Below are positions 56,063-64,000 of a stretch of DNA of 64,000 nucleotides, piece by piece. The translations under genes and the position numbers were made by a program. Under the pieces are notes generated by a model. It saw only the letters and a program-made list of their open reading frames with translations, was not told the DNA's origin and searched no databases. This stretch comes from Chitinophagales bacterium (GTDB lineage: Bacteria; Bacteroidota; Bacteroidia; Chitinophagales; CAIOSU01): assembly GCA_034440455.1 (NCBI GenBank), contig JAWXCB010000062.1, forward strand, positions 3,624-67,623, read 5' to 3'. Position 1 is the first letter of the stretch. The number at the start of each line of letters is the position of its first letter.

Positions 56063-59000
56063 TTATTGCAATCCCAGCTTGAATATTTTCCGGTATTCTG
56101 TATGAGCATCATAATCTAATTCGAGAAGATAAATTCCACCCGGCAAAGTTTTATCAAGGGAAAGGATTTTCTTGTTTTCACCATTTTGAAATTTAATTGT
56201 TTCCGTTGCAACAGTTTGTCCAAGTGAATTTAAAATGCGGAACCTCGCGGTTCCTTCATTTTCGGATGTACAATCAAGCATCAATTCATCGGTAAATGGA
56301 TTGGGATAAATTTTTAAATCACCAAAAAGATGTGGAGGAGAAACAACTTCATCTTCAATCAATTCACTTCCTTCCATTTTTGCCGCGCTGTTTGTGATAG
56401 TAAAAGAAACTGTCTCGCTGACTCCTGCTGTGCCGCTGCCATTCGTAGCTGAATAGGGCATGCCTTGAAGCGTATAGTAGCCGGGGTTTGGATTCCACGG
56501 AGTGTAAGTTGCGCCATTATTAAAATCGCTATTGATGGAATAAGGCGCGTAGTTTTCCGTTTGGATAATGCTTCTATTTAACGTAAATCTTACGCTGCCT
56601 AACGGCTCGCCACAGGCATTTGCTCTTACGCTGAAATTTCCAAGAATAGATTTGTTAATCACCATTCCGTTAATCAGTTGACTTATCTCTGTGCCATTTG
56701 ATGCACGAACCAATGTGAATGAAACAACTTCAGGCTGCGTGCAGAACTGATTACAATCAGGGTCAGTCTGGTGCACGCAAACGCCATTGTTACAAATCTC
56801 AATCGTACACGAATTGTCATCATTGCAATCTATGGGAGCGCTGATGCATTGATTGCTGATGCAATCATCCACTGTGCATGCATTGTTGTCATTGCATTGC
56901 GCGCGGTCTGTGCTGCATCCCGATGGTGTCGCCACTACGGAAAAGGTTACAGTCAGACTAACGCCTGTAGTTCCATTGCCATTAAAGGATGAATAGGGCG
57001 TTCCGGTGAGCGTGTAATTTCCGGGTGCAGGGTTCCACGGAATATAAGTAGCGCCATCATTGTAATCACCTTTCAGGGAATAGGGCGCATAGTTTTCCGT
57101 GCGTACAATACTTCCGTTTAAAATAAATCTTACACTCCCGACAGGCGCATCACACATGTCAGTCCTGATGCTGAAACTGACGATGGATGATTTATCAATC
57201 ACCATTCCATTGACAAGTTCACTTATCTGTGTTCCATTTGAGGCGTTAACTAAAACGAAAGCAGTCACTTCCGCCTGTGTGCAAGATTCGTTACAATCGG
57301 GATTGTGCTGATGTGCGCAGACGCCATTGTTGCAGGCATCAATCGTGCAGGCATCCGCATCATCGCAATTTAAAAGCGTGTTGGCGCATTGCCCGCTGAC
57401 GCAATTATCAACGGTGCAGGGATTGTTGTCATCGCATTGCAGATTGCCCGTGCATCCGGGAGACTGCTGCTCCGCCACGGTGAAGTTGACAATTTCGCTG
57501 ATGCCTGTTGTGCCGCCACCGCCTGAACCGGAATATGGCGTAGCGGTGAGCGTATAATTTCCGGGTGAAGGATTCCACGGAGCAAAGTTTCCGTTTGAAT
57601 CTCCATGGATGGAATAGGGAATTCCATTTTCAGTGCGCAGGATATTTCCATTCAGCGTAAAGCGCACGCTGCCCACGGGGTTGTTGCAAACATCTGCTCT
57701 TATGCTGAAGTTGCCAATGGATAAAAGGTCAATCTCTGTTCCGTTAACAAGCGTTCCGATTTCTGAGCCGTCCGTATGCACGAGTGTAAAAGAAACTACT
57801 TCCAATTGGATGCATGAACCATTGCAGCCGGGGTCCGGCTGATAGGTGCATACGCCACTATTGCAGCCATCAATCGTGCATGGATTTGCATCATCACAAT
57901 TTAATGTTGCACACAAATCACTGCTTGCCCCTGCCGTAAAGTAAACGGTGCGCACCCTTGTGGTTCCTTCAATCTCAGCCCTGATGCTATGACTGCCGGG
58001 AGTGAAACTGGCAGGATTATAGTTGCCGTTATTGTCGCCAAAAACGCTGAAGGGAGCCGTGTTCTCAAAAGAGGTTTGTTGTCCATCATAAAACATTCTT
58101 ACAGTCGCCTGCACTCCGGGACCATCCACAACAACATTAATTCCTGTGGAATTGCTAAAGGTCATGTTATCGGTGATTTCAAACAGTATCGCATTGTTTG
58201 ATGCGTTGACGAGCCAAAACCGGATGGCATTCGATGAGGAGGCGCAGGGCGTGATGCCAGTATTGCCTCCCGCGCATATTCCGCAGGAATCAGTTTGCGC
58301 GTTTCCGTTGCATACGTTGTTGCAATCCAATGTGCCGTTGCATGTTTGGCAACTGCCATCATCCACGGTGGCACTTGGATTATAGTTTGTGGCATTGGGG
58401 TCGGTGCAACCAGATATTACGTTAACAGAATTTCCTGCAAGCTGCGCAAGGCGGGTGTAAACGGGTTCATAAGCTCTGTACCAATTATCAGAGGTGTTGC
58501 GCTGGTCGCAACAAGAAATATAAACGCCTACCCCTGCATTGTATGGTTGCGCGGCATTGAAGACGGTTTCAGCCTTGGCAATATCATTGGTTTGAAAACC
58601 TCCGGTCATTTCGGAAGCGTAACCTGTTGTTATTTGTTGTGTGAATTTCAACACTTCGGTTCGAATCCTGTTATTGAATGAATTCGTGCTTTCCTGGAAT
58701 GAGAGGAACTGAATCAAATCAGAATTGTAATGATCTGACCATGGGTTTTGTGATGTGTTGTTGTGCATTCCCCGCAGGTTATCAGAATCAATGCTTTTCA
58801 GGTATGCGTATAAATCATTGATTTGGCTGGTTCTTCCGTTGGGGTATTCTTCTCTGTCCCAAATTATATTTCCGGCAACCGGGGAAAATTTCTGCACGAG
58901 GAACGACATGATTTGCTTTTGCGTGGCAGCAGTATATTTATCGTGGGTTTCCTTTTCAGAAAGCAAGATGTGCATGATGCCTTTGCCATTCCATAATGTA

Positions 59001-59371
59001 TTCACCCAATAGTTTGACATCGCCACCCATTGGTCAACTTTCACATTATCAAATCCGCTGTTCTGATTATTATTGATGTAGGGAGTTGTGGTGATGCCGC
59101 CATCCGTTCCGTTTGTAGTGCAATACAACGTGTTTACGCCTTTGCTTCTAAGCCAATTCATCCAGGCATAATCATTAAAGTGAAAAGGCGTTTCCGGAGA
59201 ATTAGCTTCAACAATTTTAGCCATAGTTCCATCGCTCCATTTCAACACGCTATTGTCCACTGTAAGATTTAATCCTGTTGCTGTTTTGGAAAACAGAAAA
59301 AAATAAATGAGCAGGCAGAAACCTGCATGAGTAGTGAATTCCGATAGGAATAATTTTATTGTAGTTTTCAT
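56063..59371 (-). CDS. Large secreted multidomain protein with Cys-rich modules, four beta-sandwich repeats and T9SS sorting domain
   Basis: 1102 aa with a signal/anchor. Repeated C..DDN.CT.D.C..G.C modules alternate with F.LV.A..G..I..L.NG..I......FS.R......GSVRF.LN....TEN.APYS domains. C-terminal KIYPNPFTDEL...GGIYLLELDY Por tail. Confidence 0.8.
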   Translation of the reverse strand: MKTTIKLFLSEFTTHAGFCLLIYFFLFSKTATGLNLTVDNSVLKWSDGTMAKIVEANSPETPFHFNDYAWMNWLRSKGVNTLYCTTNGTDGGITTTPYINNNQNSGFDNVKVDQWVAMSNYWVNTLWNGKGIMHILLSEKETHDKYTAATQKQIMSFLVQKFSPVAGNIIWDREEYPNGRTSQINDLYAYLKSIDSDNLRGMHNNTSQNPWSDHYNSDLIQFLSFQESTNSFNNRIRTEVLKFTQQITTGYASEMTGGFQTNDIAKAETVFNAAQPYNAGVGVYISCCDQRNTSDNWYRAYEPVYTRLAQLAGNSVNVISGCTDPNATNYNPSATVDDGSCQTCNGTLDCNNVCNGNAQTDSCGICAGGNTGITPCASSSNAIRFWLVNASNNAILFEITDNMTFSNSTGINVVVDGPGVQATVRMFYDGQQTSFENTAPFSVFGDNNGNYNPASFTPGSHSIRAEIEGTTRVRTVYFTAGASSDLCATLNCDDANPCTIDGCNSGVCTYQPDPGCNGSCIQLEVVSFTLVHTDGSEIGTLVNGTEIDLLSIGNFSIRADVCNNPVGSVRFTLNGNILRTENGIPYSIHGDSNGNFAPWNPSPGNYTLTATPYSGSGGGGTTGISEIVNFTVAEQQSPGCTGNLQCDDNNPCTVDNCVSGQCANTLLNCDDADACTIDACNNGVCAHQHNPDCNESCTQAEVTAFVLVNASNGTQISELVNGMVIDKSSIVSFSIRTDMCDAPVGSVRFILNGSIVRTENYAPYSLKGDYNDGATYIPWNPAPGNYTLTGTPYSSFNGNGTTGVSLTVTFSVVATPSGCSTDRAQCNDNNACTVDDCISNQCISAPIDCNDDNSCTIEICNNGVCVHQTDPDCNQFCTQPEVVSFTLVRASNGTEISQLINGMVINKSILGNFSVRANACGEPLGSVRFTLNRSIIQTENYAPYSINSDFNNGATYTPWNPNPGYYTLQGMPYSATNGSGTAGVSETVSFTITNSAAKMEGSELIEDEVVSPPHLFGDLKIYPNPFTDELMLDCTSENEGTARFRILNSLGQTVATETIKFQNGENKKILSLDKTLPGGIYLLELDYDAHTEYRKIFKLGLQ
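56390..58220 (-). repeat. Tandem coding repeats (period about 530-545 bp) inside the 1102-aa gene
   Basis: DNA blocks such as ...tagttttccgt...aaatcttac.ct.cc recur near 56541, 57083 and 57613. At protein level there are three full units of about 180 aa and one partial unit. Confidence 0.7.
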
Positions 59372-59391
59372 TGTTTGATTTAGGAATTACT

Positions 59392-59464
59392 CAACAAAGG
59401 TGAGTCCACTAATTCCCAATAGTGTTACACGATTCTTGAAATGAATTGCATGATTCACACATTT
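59392..59464 (-). promoter_or_regulatory. Stress-module copy J (upstream of the 1102-aa T9SS protein)
   Basis: Gene strand: AAATGTGTGAATCATGCAAT-N9-GAATCGTGTAAC-ACTATT-N13-GACTCACCTTTGTTG. Spacings 21 and 25. Confidence 0.75.
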
Positions 59465-59628
59465 CAGAAGAGCATTGCGCAGTTGCGCAACGACTATTAC
59501 GCCAATTAGAATAGGCTAAGAGAAATATGTTCTCCTTCTAAAATTCTCATAAAGAGGAATTTAATTTCCGTTTTGAAGAAAACAATTAGGGAGGCTAATT
59601 GGCTACAGAGCGATAAGAGTTACATCTT

Positions 59629-60882
59629 TCACACAATTTGTGAAGATGAAACGGGCGTATCTTTTCCAAAGAGAAGGGAATAAAATGGTTTGCCGATGCC
59701 TGTTTTTACAAGAAAAAATAAACCAACGCAATACAGCGTGCTGAACAGAATTACCGAATAACAGACTGATTGGATAATGATGCCGTCAGGATGTCCCTGC
59801 TGCAAAGGAAGCAAGGCGATAACGGCTGCGCCAAGTCCTTTGGGTATCATGATAGAAAGCACCGTTTTGTCAAGCAGCGGTGTTTGCTTGGAAATGACGA
59901 ACCTCACTACCACGATTCTCACGATAAACAGAACGAACGTAATCCATGCGCCCCAAAACAGCCAGTCAAAGCGGTTGATTTGAATGCTGATGCCGATGAA
60001 CACAAAAAAGAAGGTGCGCAGGAGAAAAACGATCTGACCAAAAAAGTCCTTTTCGCCAGGCGGCAATATGATGCTCACTTTAGGAACGAAAGGCTCTAAA
60101 ATTTTTGGCTCGAAATATTCCAGATTGCCAATGGCTATGCCGAATGAAAGCGCGGTCAACGGACCGCTGAAATGCAAATACTCCGTAATTCCATAGAGGA
60201 TAAAAAGAAATGCAGGCGTTGAAAATTTTGTTTCCTTCAGCGTGGGAAATCTGTTGATGATGAACGCCCACAGGAATGCGCCACCGATGCCAATCAGCAG
60301 CGCGATTACCAGGGAGGCGATGAATTGCGCAATCACCACATCTGCCTGCATCTGCCCGGTAATCATTAATCCTAAGATGCTCAACGGGATGGCAAGCGTG
60401 AAAATATCAGATTCTGCTGATTCAATAATCAGCGTGGTGGATGTTTTTGCCTGCACTGCTATCTTTTTTACCAAGCCCACCACAACGGCTGATGAAGTGC
60501 CACCGAGAGTAGAACCAATAAACAGGCAGGTTAAAATCGGCAATCCGAAAATCAATTTGCAAAGCAAAAACACCGCAATCATTGTTGTGATAAAACCGAC
60601 AAATGTGATGGCTGCTGAGTCTTTAAAAGATTCTTTTATCTCCGCGATTTTCAAATCCGTTCCGCTTTCAAACAGGATGAAGATGAGCACGAGGTTGCTG
60701 AACAGGGAGCCGAATTTTCCAAATGAAGCGGGGTCGAAAAGATGAAAAACGGGACCTAAAAGAATTCCGATAAGCATCAGTCCGAGCACATCGGGAATGC
60801 TTCTGCGCTCAAACACCCCACTGAGGAAATGCCCGCAGAAAATAAAAAGTCCGATGATGATAATGATGACGGGCGTTGGCAT
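59629..60882 (-). CDS. Cation:proton antiporter (Na+/H+ exchanger family)
   Basis: 417 aa with about 12 TM segments. N-terminal GLMLIGILLGP and FILFESG are typical of the CPA1/2 families. Confidence 0.75.
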   Translation of the reverse strand: MPTPVIIIIIGLFIFCGHFLSGVFERRSIPDVLGLMLIGILLGPVFHLFDPASFGKFGSLFSNLVLIFILFESGTDLKIAEIKESFKDSAAITFVGFITTMIAVFLLCKLIFGLPILTCLFIGSTLGGTSSAVVVGLVKKIAVQAKTSTTLIIESAESDIFTLAIPLSILGLMITGQMQADVVIAQFIASLVIALLIGIGGAFLWAFIINRFPTLKETKFSTPAFLFILYGITEYLHFSGPLTALSFGIAIGNLEYFEPKILEPFVPKVSIILPPGEKDFFGQIVFLLRTFFFVFIGISIQINRFDWLFWGAWITFVLFIVRIVVVRFVISKQTPLLDKTVLSIMIPKGLGAAVIALLPLQQGHPDGIIIQSVCYSVILFSTLYCVGLFFLVKTGIGKPFYSLLFGKDTPVSSSQIV

Positions 60883-60885
60883 TTT

Positions 60886-61230
60886 TTATCCTTGCGGGAT
60901 TTGAGTTTTTTCAGAAGCAGGTTTGCCATTGGAATAATAACGGTAATAGCTGTTCAATCGGTTTTTGAGTTGATAGAATCTAAAAACGCCTATCACCAAA
61001 AGGAGGATGCTGAGGGCAAGAGAGAGGTAGCCTATCCACTTTATATTATCGAAGCCCTGCAATTGTAAAAACGCGATTCCGCCCAGCAGCAGGTAGAGTG
61101 AAGTGCGGAGGTAAGACAGCAGCGTTCTTTCATTCGCCAATTTGGTGCGTTGCAGCGCCAGATAATCGCGGAGGATAATTTCTTCCTTGTTTTCAAAATC
61201 AGATCCGAAACTGATGAAGCGCTTTACCAT
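60886..61230 (-). CDS. DUF202 (YidH-like) membrane protein
   Basis: LANERTLLSYLRTSL motif and two more TM helices. Its stop is 4 nt before the antiporter start. Confidence 0.7.
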   Translation of the reverse strand: MVKRFISFGSDFENKEEIILRDYLALQRTKLANERTLLSYLRTSLYLLLGGIAFLQLQGFDNIKWIGYLSLALSILLLVIGVFRFYQLKNRLNSYYRYYSNGKPASEKTQIPQG

Positions 61231-61322
61231 GGTGAATAAGCGATGATAAGTAAGTTTTGAGATTCAGGCAAGGCTGTATGGAATTTTGCTTTTTTAAAAA
61301 CAGCAATAAGTTGCTTGAATAC

Positions 61323-61353
61323 AAAACCCGTCCACTTGAGGAGAACGGGTTTT
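61323..61353 (-). terminator. Intrinsic terminator after OM barrel gene 61396..62148
   Basis: aaaacccgt (61323-61331) pairs with acgggtttt (61345-61353). On the minus strand the stem runs into TTTTGTATT. Confidence 0.55.
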
Positions 61354-61395
61354 GCATTTATCTAAGCAACTACTTTAATTACCCAAGCGATTTTA

Positions 61396-62148
61396 TCAGA
61401 ATAAAAATGACAATCCAGCATAGAGTGAATAAGTCTTTACATGCGTACGGTCAAGCACATAATATTGGTCTGTAGTTTTTGTCCGGCTGTCGTCACTAAT
61501 ATCAATTAAGCCGTAAACACCTCGAAACCCAAGGTCGAATTTCACCTGATGCCCGAATTGAAGCCCGGCACCGTAAGCAAATCCAAGGTCGCCTCCTCTC
61601 ACTGCCAGAACAGCCACGTCTTCATTCCCATCCACAGTTTTAATATCTGAGCCTACATTAATTCCGAATTGGGGACCAACGACTACATTCAAGTTGACCA
61701 CTTTTGTTTTACCGGTGTTCAGCGCAAACAATAAGGGAATATTGATGTAGTGGAGTTTGACTGTATAGTCCAAATCCTGATCACGGTACTTTTGCGCAAT
61801 GGAACTATAAATAAGTTCGCCTTGTAATCCAATGTGCTCTTGGAAATTTACCCCTATCACGGCTCCGAATCCGTAGCCGAAGCTAAAATCGCCATCCACT
61901 TCACCACCTCCTGAATCCTTCAGTTGAAAGGAAGAGAAGGTCGGCATAAATCTAAAACCGATTTCCATCATGGGGAAGTCAGCATCAGATGCGCTGGCAT
62001 TTTTCCCTTCACCCTTGGGGCTATCATTATTTTGTTGAATTTGAATGTTTTGTTGATTCTCTTGCGCCTTTACAGGGTTTAAAGACAATACAACCATTCC
62101 GGCACTCAGTAGAACCACTGCGCACAGGTAATTTTTTGTGTTTTTCAT
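61396..62148 (-). CDS. Outer-membrane beta-barrel (porin-family) protein
   Basis: Signal peptide ending VKAQE, a Q/N-rich linker, then barrel strands. C-terminal YAGLSFLF. Confidence 0.75.
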   Translation of the reverse strand: MKNTKNYLCAVVLLSAGMVVLSLNPVKAQENQQNIQIQQNNDSPKGEGKNASASDADFPMMEIGFRFMPTFSSFQLKDSGGGEVDGDFSFGYGFGAVIGVNFQEHIGLQGELIYSSIAQKYRDQDLDYTVKLHYINIPLLFALNTGKTKVVNLNVVVGPQFGINVGSDIKTVDGNEDVAVLAVRGGDLGFAYGAGLQFGHQVKFDLGFRGVYGLIDISDDSRTKTTDQYYVLDRTHVKTYSLYAGLSFLF

Positions 62149-62173
62149 TTTGTTTTTTATTTTAAAATTTGTG

Positions 62174-62246
62174 ATACAAAGGTGAAGCTCTCTATGCTGC
62201 TAACCGTTACACAATTGCAGATAAGATTTACATGATTCACACATGA
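62174..62246 (-). promoter_or_regulatory. Stress-module copy K (upstream of OM barrel gene)
   Basis: Gene strand: TCATGTGTGAATCATGTAAA-N9-CAATTGTGTAAC-GGTTAG-N13-CTTCACCTTTGTAT. Spacings 21 and 25. Confidence 0.75.
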
Positions 62247-62352
62247 GGAAGAACAAAGTATCATGCCGGACTTATTCCGGCATCTCCTATTATCAGAAAC
62301 TAACTTGAGTTCGAGATAGGAAAATGTTTTCTCTTGAGAACCTCACCCCGCC

Positions 62353-62435
62353 CCTCTCCCACAGGGAGAGGATGTCCGAACATTCTTGCATTTTTTTGAA
62401 CGAAAATCTGAGTGTCCCTCTCCCGGAGGGAGAGG
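62353..62435. repeat. Two copies of a GC-rich hairpin repeat CCTCTCCC-N3-GGGAGAGG
   Basis: 8-bp stem and 3-nt loop at 62353-62371 and again at 62417-62435, in a non-coding gap. Confidence 0.7.
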
Positions 62436-62492
62436 TTAGGAGAGGTTGACGAAGCAAAAGGAGAAAAGGAGAAATTCTTTACTATCCCAAAC

Positions 62493-62801
62493 TCACGTTA
62501 ACTTATCCTCCTCACGGTCAATTAAAGTGAGGCTCTTGCGGTTACCGGGTTGTCCAACCGTAGTGGTATTATTATCAAATTCCGAAAGTTCTCTTTCACC
62601 CAGCGAACGGAGCTTATCAGGATTTTGTCCGCAATCTTTTGTGCTGAGGTTTTCCTGTCCCCAGCGTGAACTGCTGGCGTCTCCCCCTTTTTTCTTATCG
62701 CCATCGCCTCCGCCATTTTTTGAAAGATTCTTTTCGATATTGTCAGAGCGTTCGCTTATAGGATTCTTATTGTCGGCATTTGAATTATTTGTTTCGCTCA
62801 T
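62493..62801 (-). CDS. Intrinsically disordered hydrophilic protein (third hydrophilin-like gene)
   Basis: 102 aa rich in N/D/K/G/S/E (MSETNNSNADNKNPISERSDN...GGGDGDKKKGGD...). The antisense ORF 62446..62832 is low complexity. Confidence 0.55.
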   Translation of the reverse strand: MSETNNSNADNKNPISERSDNIEKNLSKNGGGDGDKKKGGDASSSRWGQENLSTKDCGQNPDKLRSLGERELSEFDNNTTTVGQPGNRKSLTLIDREEDKLT

Positions 62802-62952
62802 GGTTATATTTTTTTTAAGTTCATTTCATTAACGTCTTGTTGTTGCAAGGTAAAGTTCTTTGAAAGTATTGACAAATCAGGTGTTGGGAGGAGTTGAGAG
62901 TTTAAACGATTTGAATTCAGTTTGAGCATCTGCCAAGGATTACTTTACCTGA

Positions 62953-64000
62953 ATGAATCAAGGTAATATGTCTTTGCTCAGGTCGCTTCATTTCTTGCTC
63001 ATAATGATTTTACTGGTTGTGTAAGCAAATATAGTGGCAACTACAAGGTGCAACATTTTACATGTTGGCACCAATTGATGTGCATGATGTTCGGGCAACT
63101 CACCAATCGTGAAAGCCTGAGCGATTTAATGATCTGCCTTTGGGCACAACAGCAAAAATTCTATCACTTGGGTATGGGCAAAGGCATCTCCAAAGCCAAT
63201 CTTGCCAAAGCCAATGAGAGAAGGGATTATCGCATCTATGAATCCTTTGCTGCCGTGTTGATTGAACAAGCGCGAGTGCTTTGCCTGAGTGAGAGTGCTT
63301 TTGATTTGAAGATAGATTCACCCGTGTACGCCATTGATGCGACCGTGATTGATCTTTGCCTGAGTGTGTTCTGGTGGGCGAAATTTCGCAAGCACAAAGC
63401 GGCTGTGAAGCTGCGCACCTTGTTCGACATCAAAACCAATATCCCCACATTCCTTCATGTGACCAGCGGAGCAGTGCATGAAGTAAATTTCTTAGACCTG
63501 ATTTCATTTGAGGCGGGTGGCTTCTACATCATGGAAAAAGGATTCATTGACTTTGAACGTCTGTACGCCATTCACCAGTGCGATGCCTATTTCGTCACGC
63601 GTGCAAAAGAAAACTTTCAGTTTGTTCGATTGTATTCCCATGCAGCCGATAAGCACAAGGGTGTGAGGTGCGACCAAACGGTGAGATTAAAAAATCACCC
63701 GGTAGCCCTGATATTCCCTGACCGCATCAGACGCATCAAATATTACGATGCGGGTACGCAGAAACAGTTTGTGTTTATGACCAATAACTTCGAGCTTTCG
63801 GCAACTGACATCGCTCAACTCTACAAGTACCGCTGGAAAATAGAATTGTTCTTCAAGTGGATCAAACAACACCTTAAGATCAAATCATTCTGGGGACACA
63901 GCAACAATGCCGTGAAGACACAAATCTATATTGCCATCATCACTTACTTACTCGTTGCTATCATCAAACACAAAATGAAACTCCAGCAATCGTAATACGA
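62953..64000 (+). mobile_element. IS4-family (DUF4372 + DDE) transposase gene with a 5' frameshift; element runs to or beyond the window end
   Basis: ATG at 62953 gives MNQGN. The conserved continuation YVFAQVASFLAHNDFTGCVSKYSGNYKVQHFTCWHQLMCMMFGQLTNRESL is in the next frame from 62967 and joins track ORF 63048..63995 (YRWKIELFFKWIKQHLKIKSFWG). One base seems missing after GGTAA. Confidence 0.75.

Noticed and set aside
58658-58668. GGTTCGAATCC T-loop-like string, possible tRNA
   Set aside because: The flanks do not form a T-stem or an acceptor/anticodon cloverleaf, and it lies inside the 1102-aa coding region.
59475-59490. ttgcgc-agtt-gcgcaa hairpin downstream of the antiporter gene
   Set aside because: It has only a 6-bp stem, no U run, and lies 140 nt from the stop. 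It is not convincing as a terminator.
34058-62246. The 73-nt module as a MITE or other mobile repeat
   Set aside because: All 11 copies are intergenic, co-oriented with the downstream gene and 20-95 nt from a start codon. They lack terminal inverted repeats or target duplications. Promoter or operator function fits better, but only a genome-wide scan can settle it.
62446-62832. 128-aa + strand ORF (S/L/P/F-rich)
   Set aside because: It is a low-complexity antisense reading of the hydrophilin gene 62493..62801. The minus frame has a proper ATG and a composition like the other two hydrophilins.
1-64000. CRISPR arrays, rRNA or tRNA genes
   Set aside because: I found no regularly spaced short direct repeats with unique spacers, and no rRNA-like or cloverleaf-forming segments by eye. 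The only regular repeats are coding tandem repeats and the promoter-like module.

Overview
This 64-kb window looks like a Bacteroidota chromosome. It carries the gliding-motility ABC genes gldA/gldF/gldG, at least three proteins with T9SS C-terminal sorting domains, and TAnnTTTG-like promoter boxes. Layout: dnaN 5' end (1-262); a frameshifted outer-membrane (OM) barrel gene; the gldAFG-DUF4340 operon (2.9-7.3 kb); an M48 peptidase and a dioxygenase; a small accessory islet with an IS30 remnant and a PIN toxin-antitoxin (TA) pair (9.3-10.6 kb); glyQS; a 12.6-kb glycan-biosynthesis cluster (12.3-24.9 kb: GT2, GT11, GT61, GT4, two SDR enzymes, two methyltransferases, a GT-C-like membrane protein); a triple-repeat DUF4397 T9SS protein; and a carotenoid/light module (FAD oxidoreductase, lycopene cyclase domain, MerR/B12 CarH-like regulator; 27.7-31.4 kb). 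From 33.4 to 62.8 kb the content is mostly stress-type genes: an ECF-like sigma factor, CsbD, Dps, YtxH, three disordered hydrophilic proteins, several OM barrels, an APC permease, a Na+/H+ antiporter, MlaEFD, a TonB-dependent receptor and an AI-2E transporter. A frameshifted IS4-family transposase lies at the 3' edge. The main finding is a rigidly spaced 73-nt promoter-like module found 11 times between 34.0 and 62.2 kb. It is always co-oriented with the downstream gene, and one copy lies upstream of the sigma-like gene itself. I read this as a dedicated general-stress-like regulon whose promoter I do not recognise as described. Other observations: conserved 5'-leader hairpins; a decayed wHTH/nucleotidyltransferase TA-like pair with two perfect palindromes; REP-like hairpin elements; two frameshifted genes; and unlisted small ORFs. 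I saw no rRNA, tRNA or CRISPR array. All calls come from reading the sequence and ORF translations only. Family names are recognised by eye, not by search.
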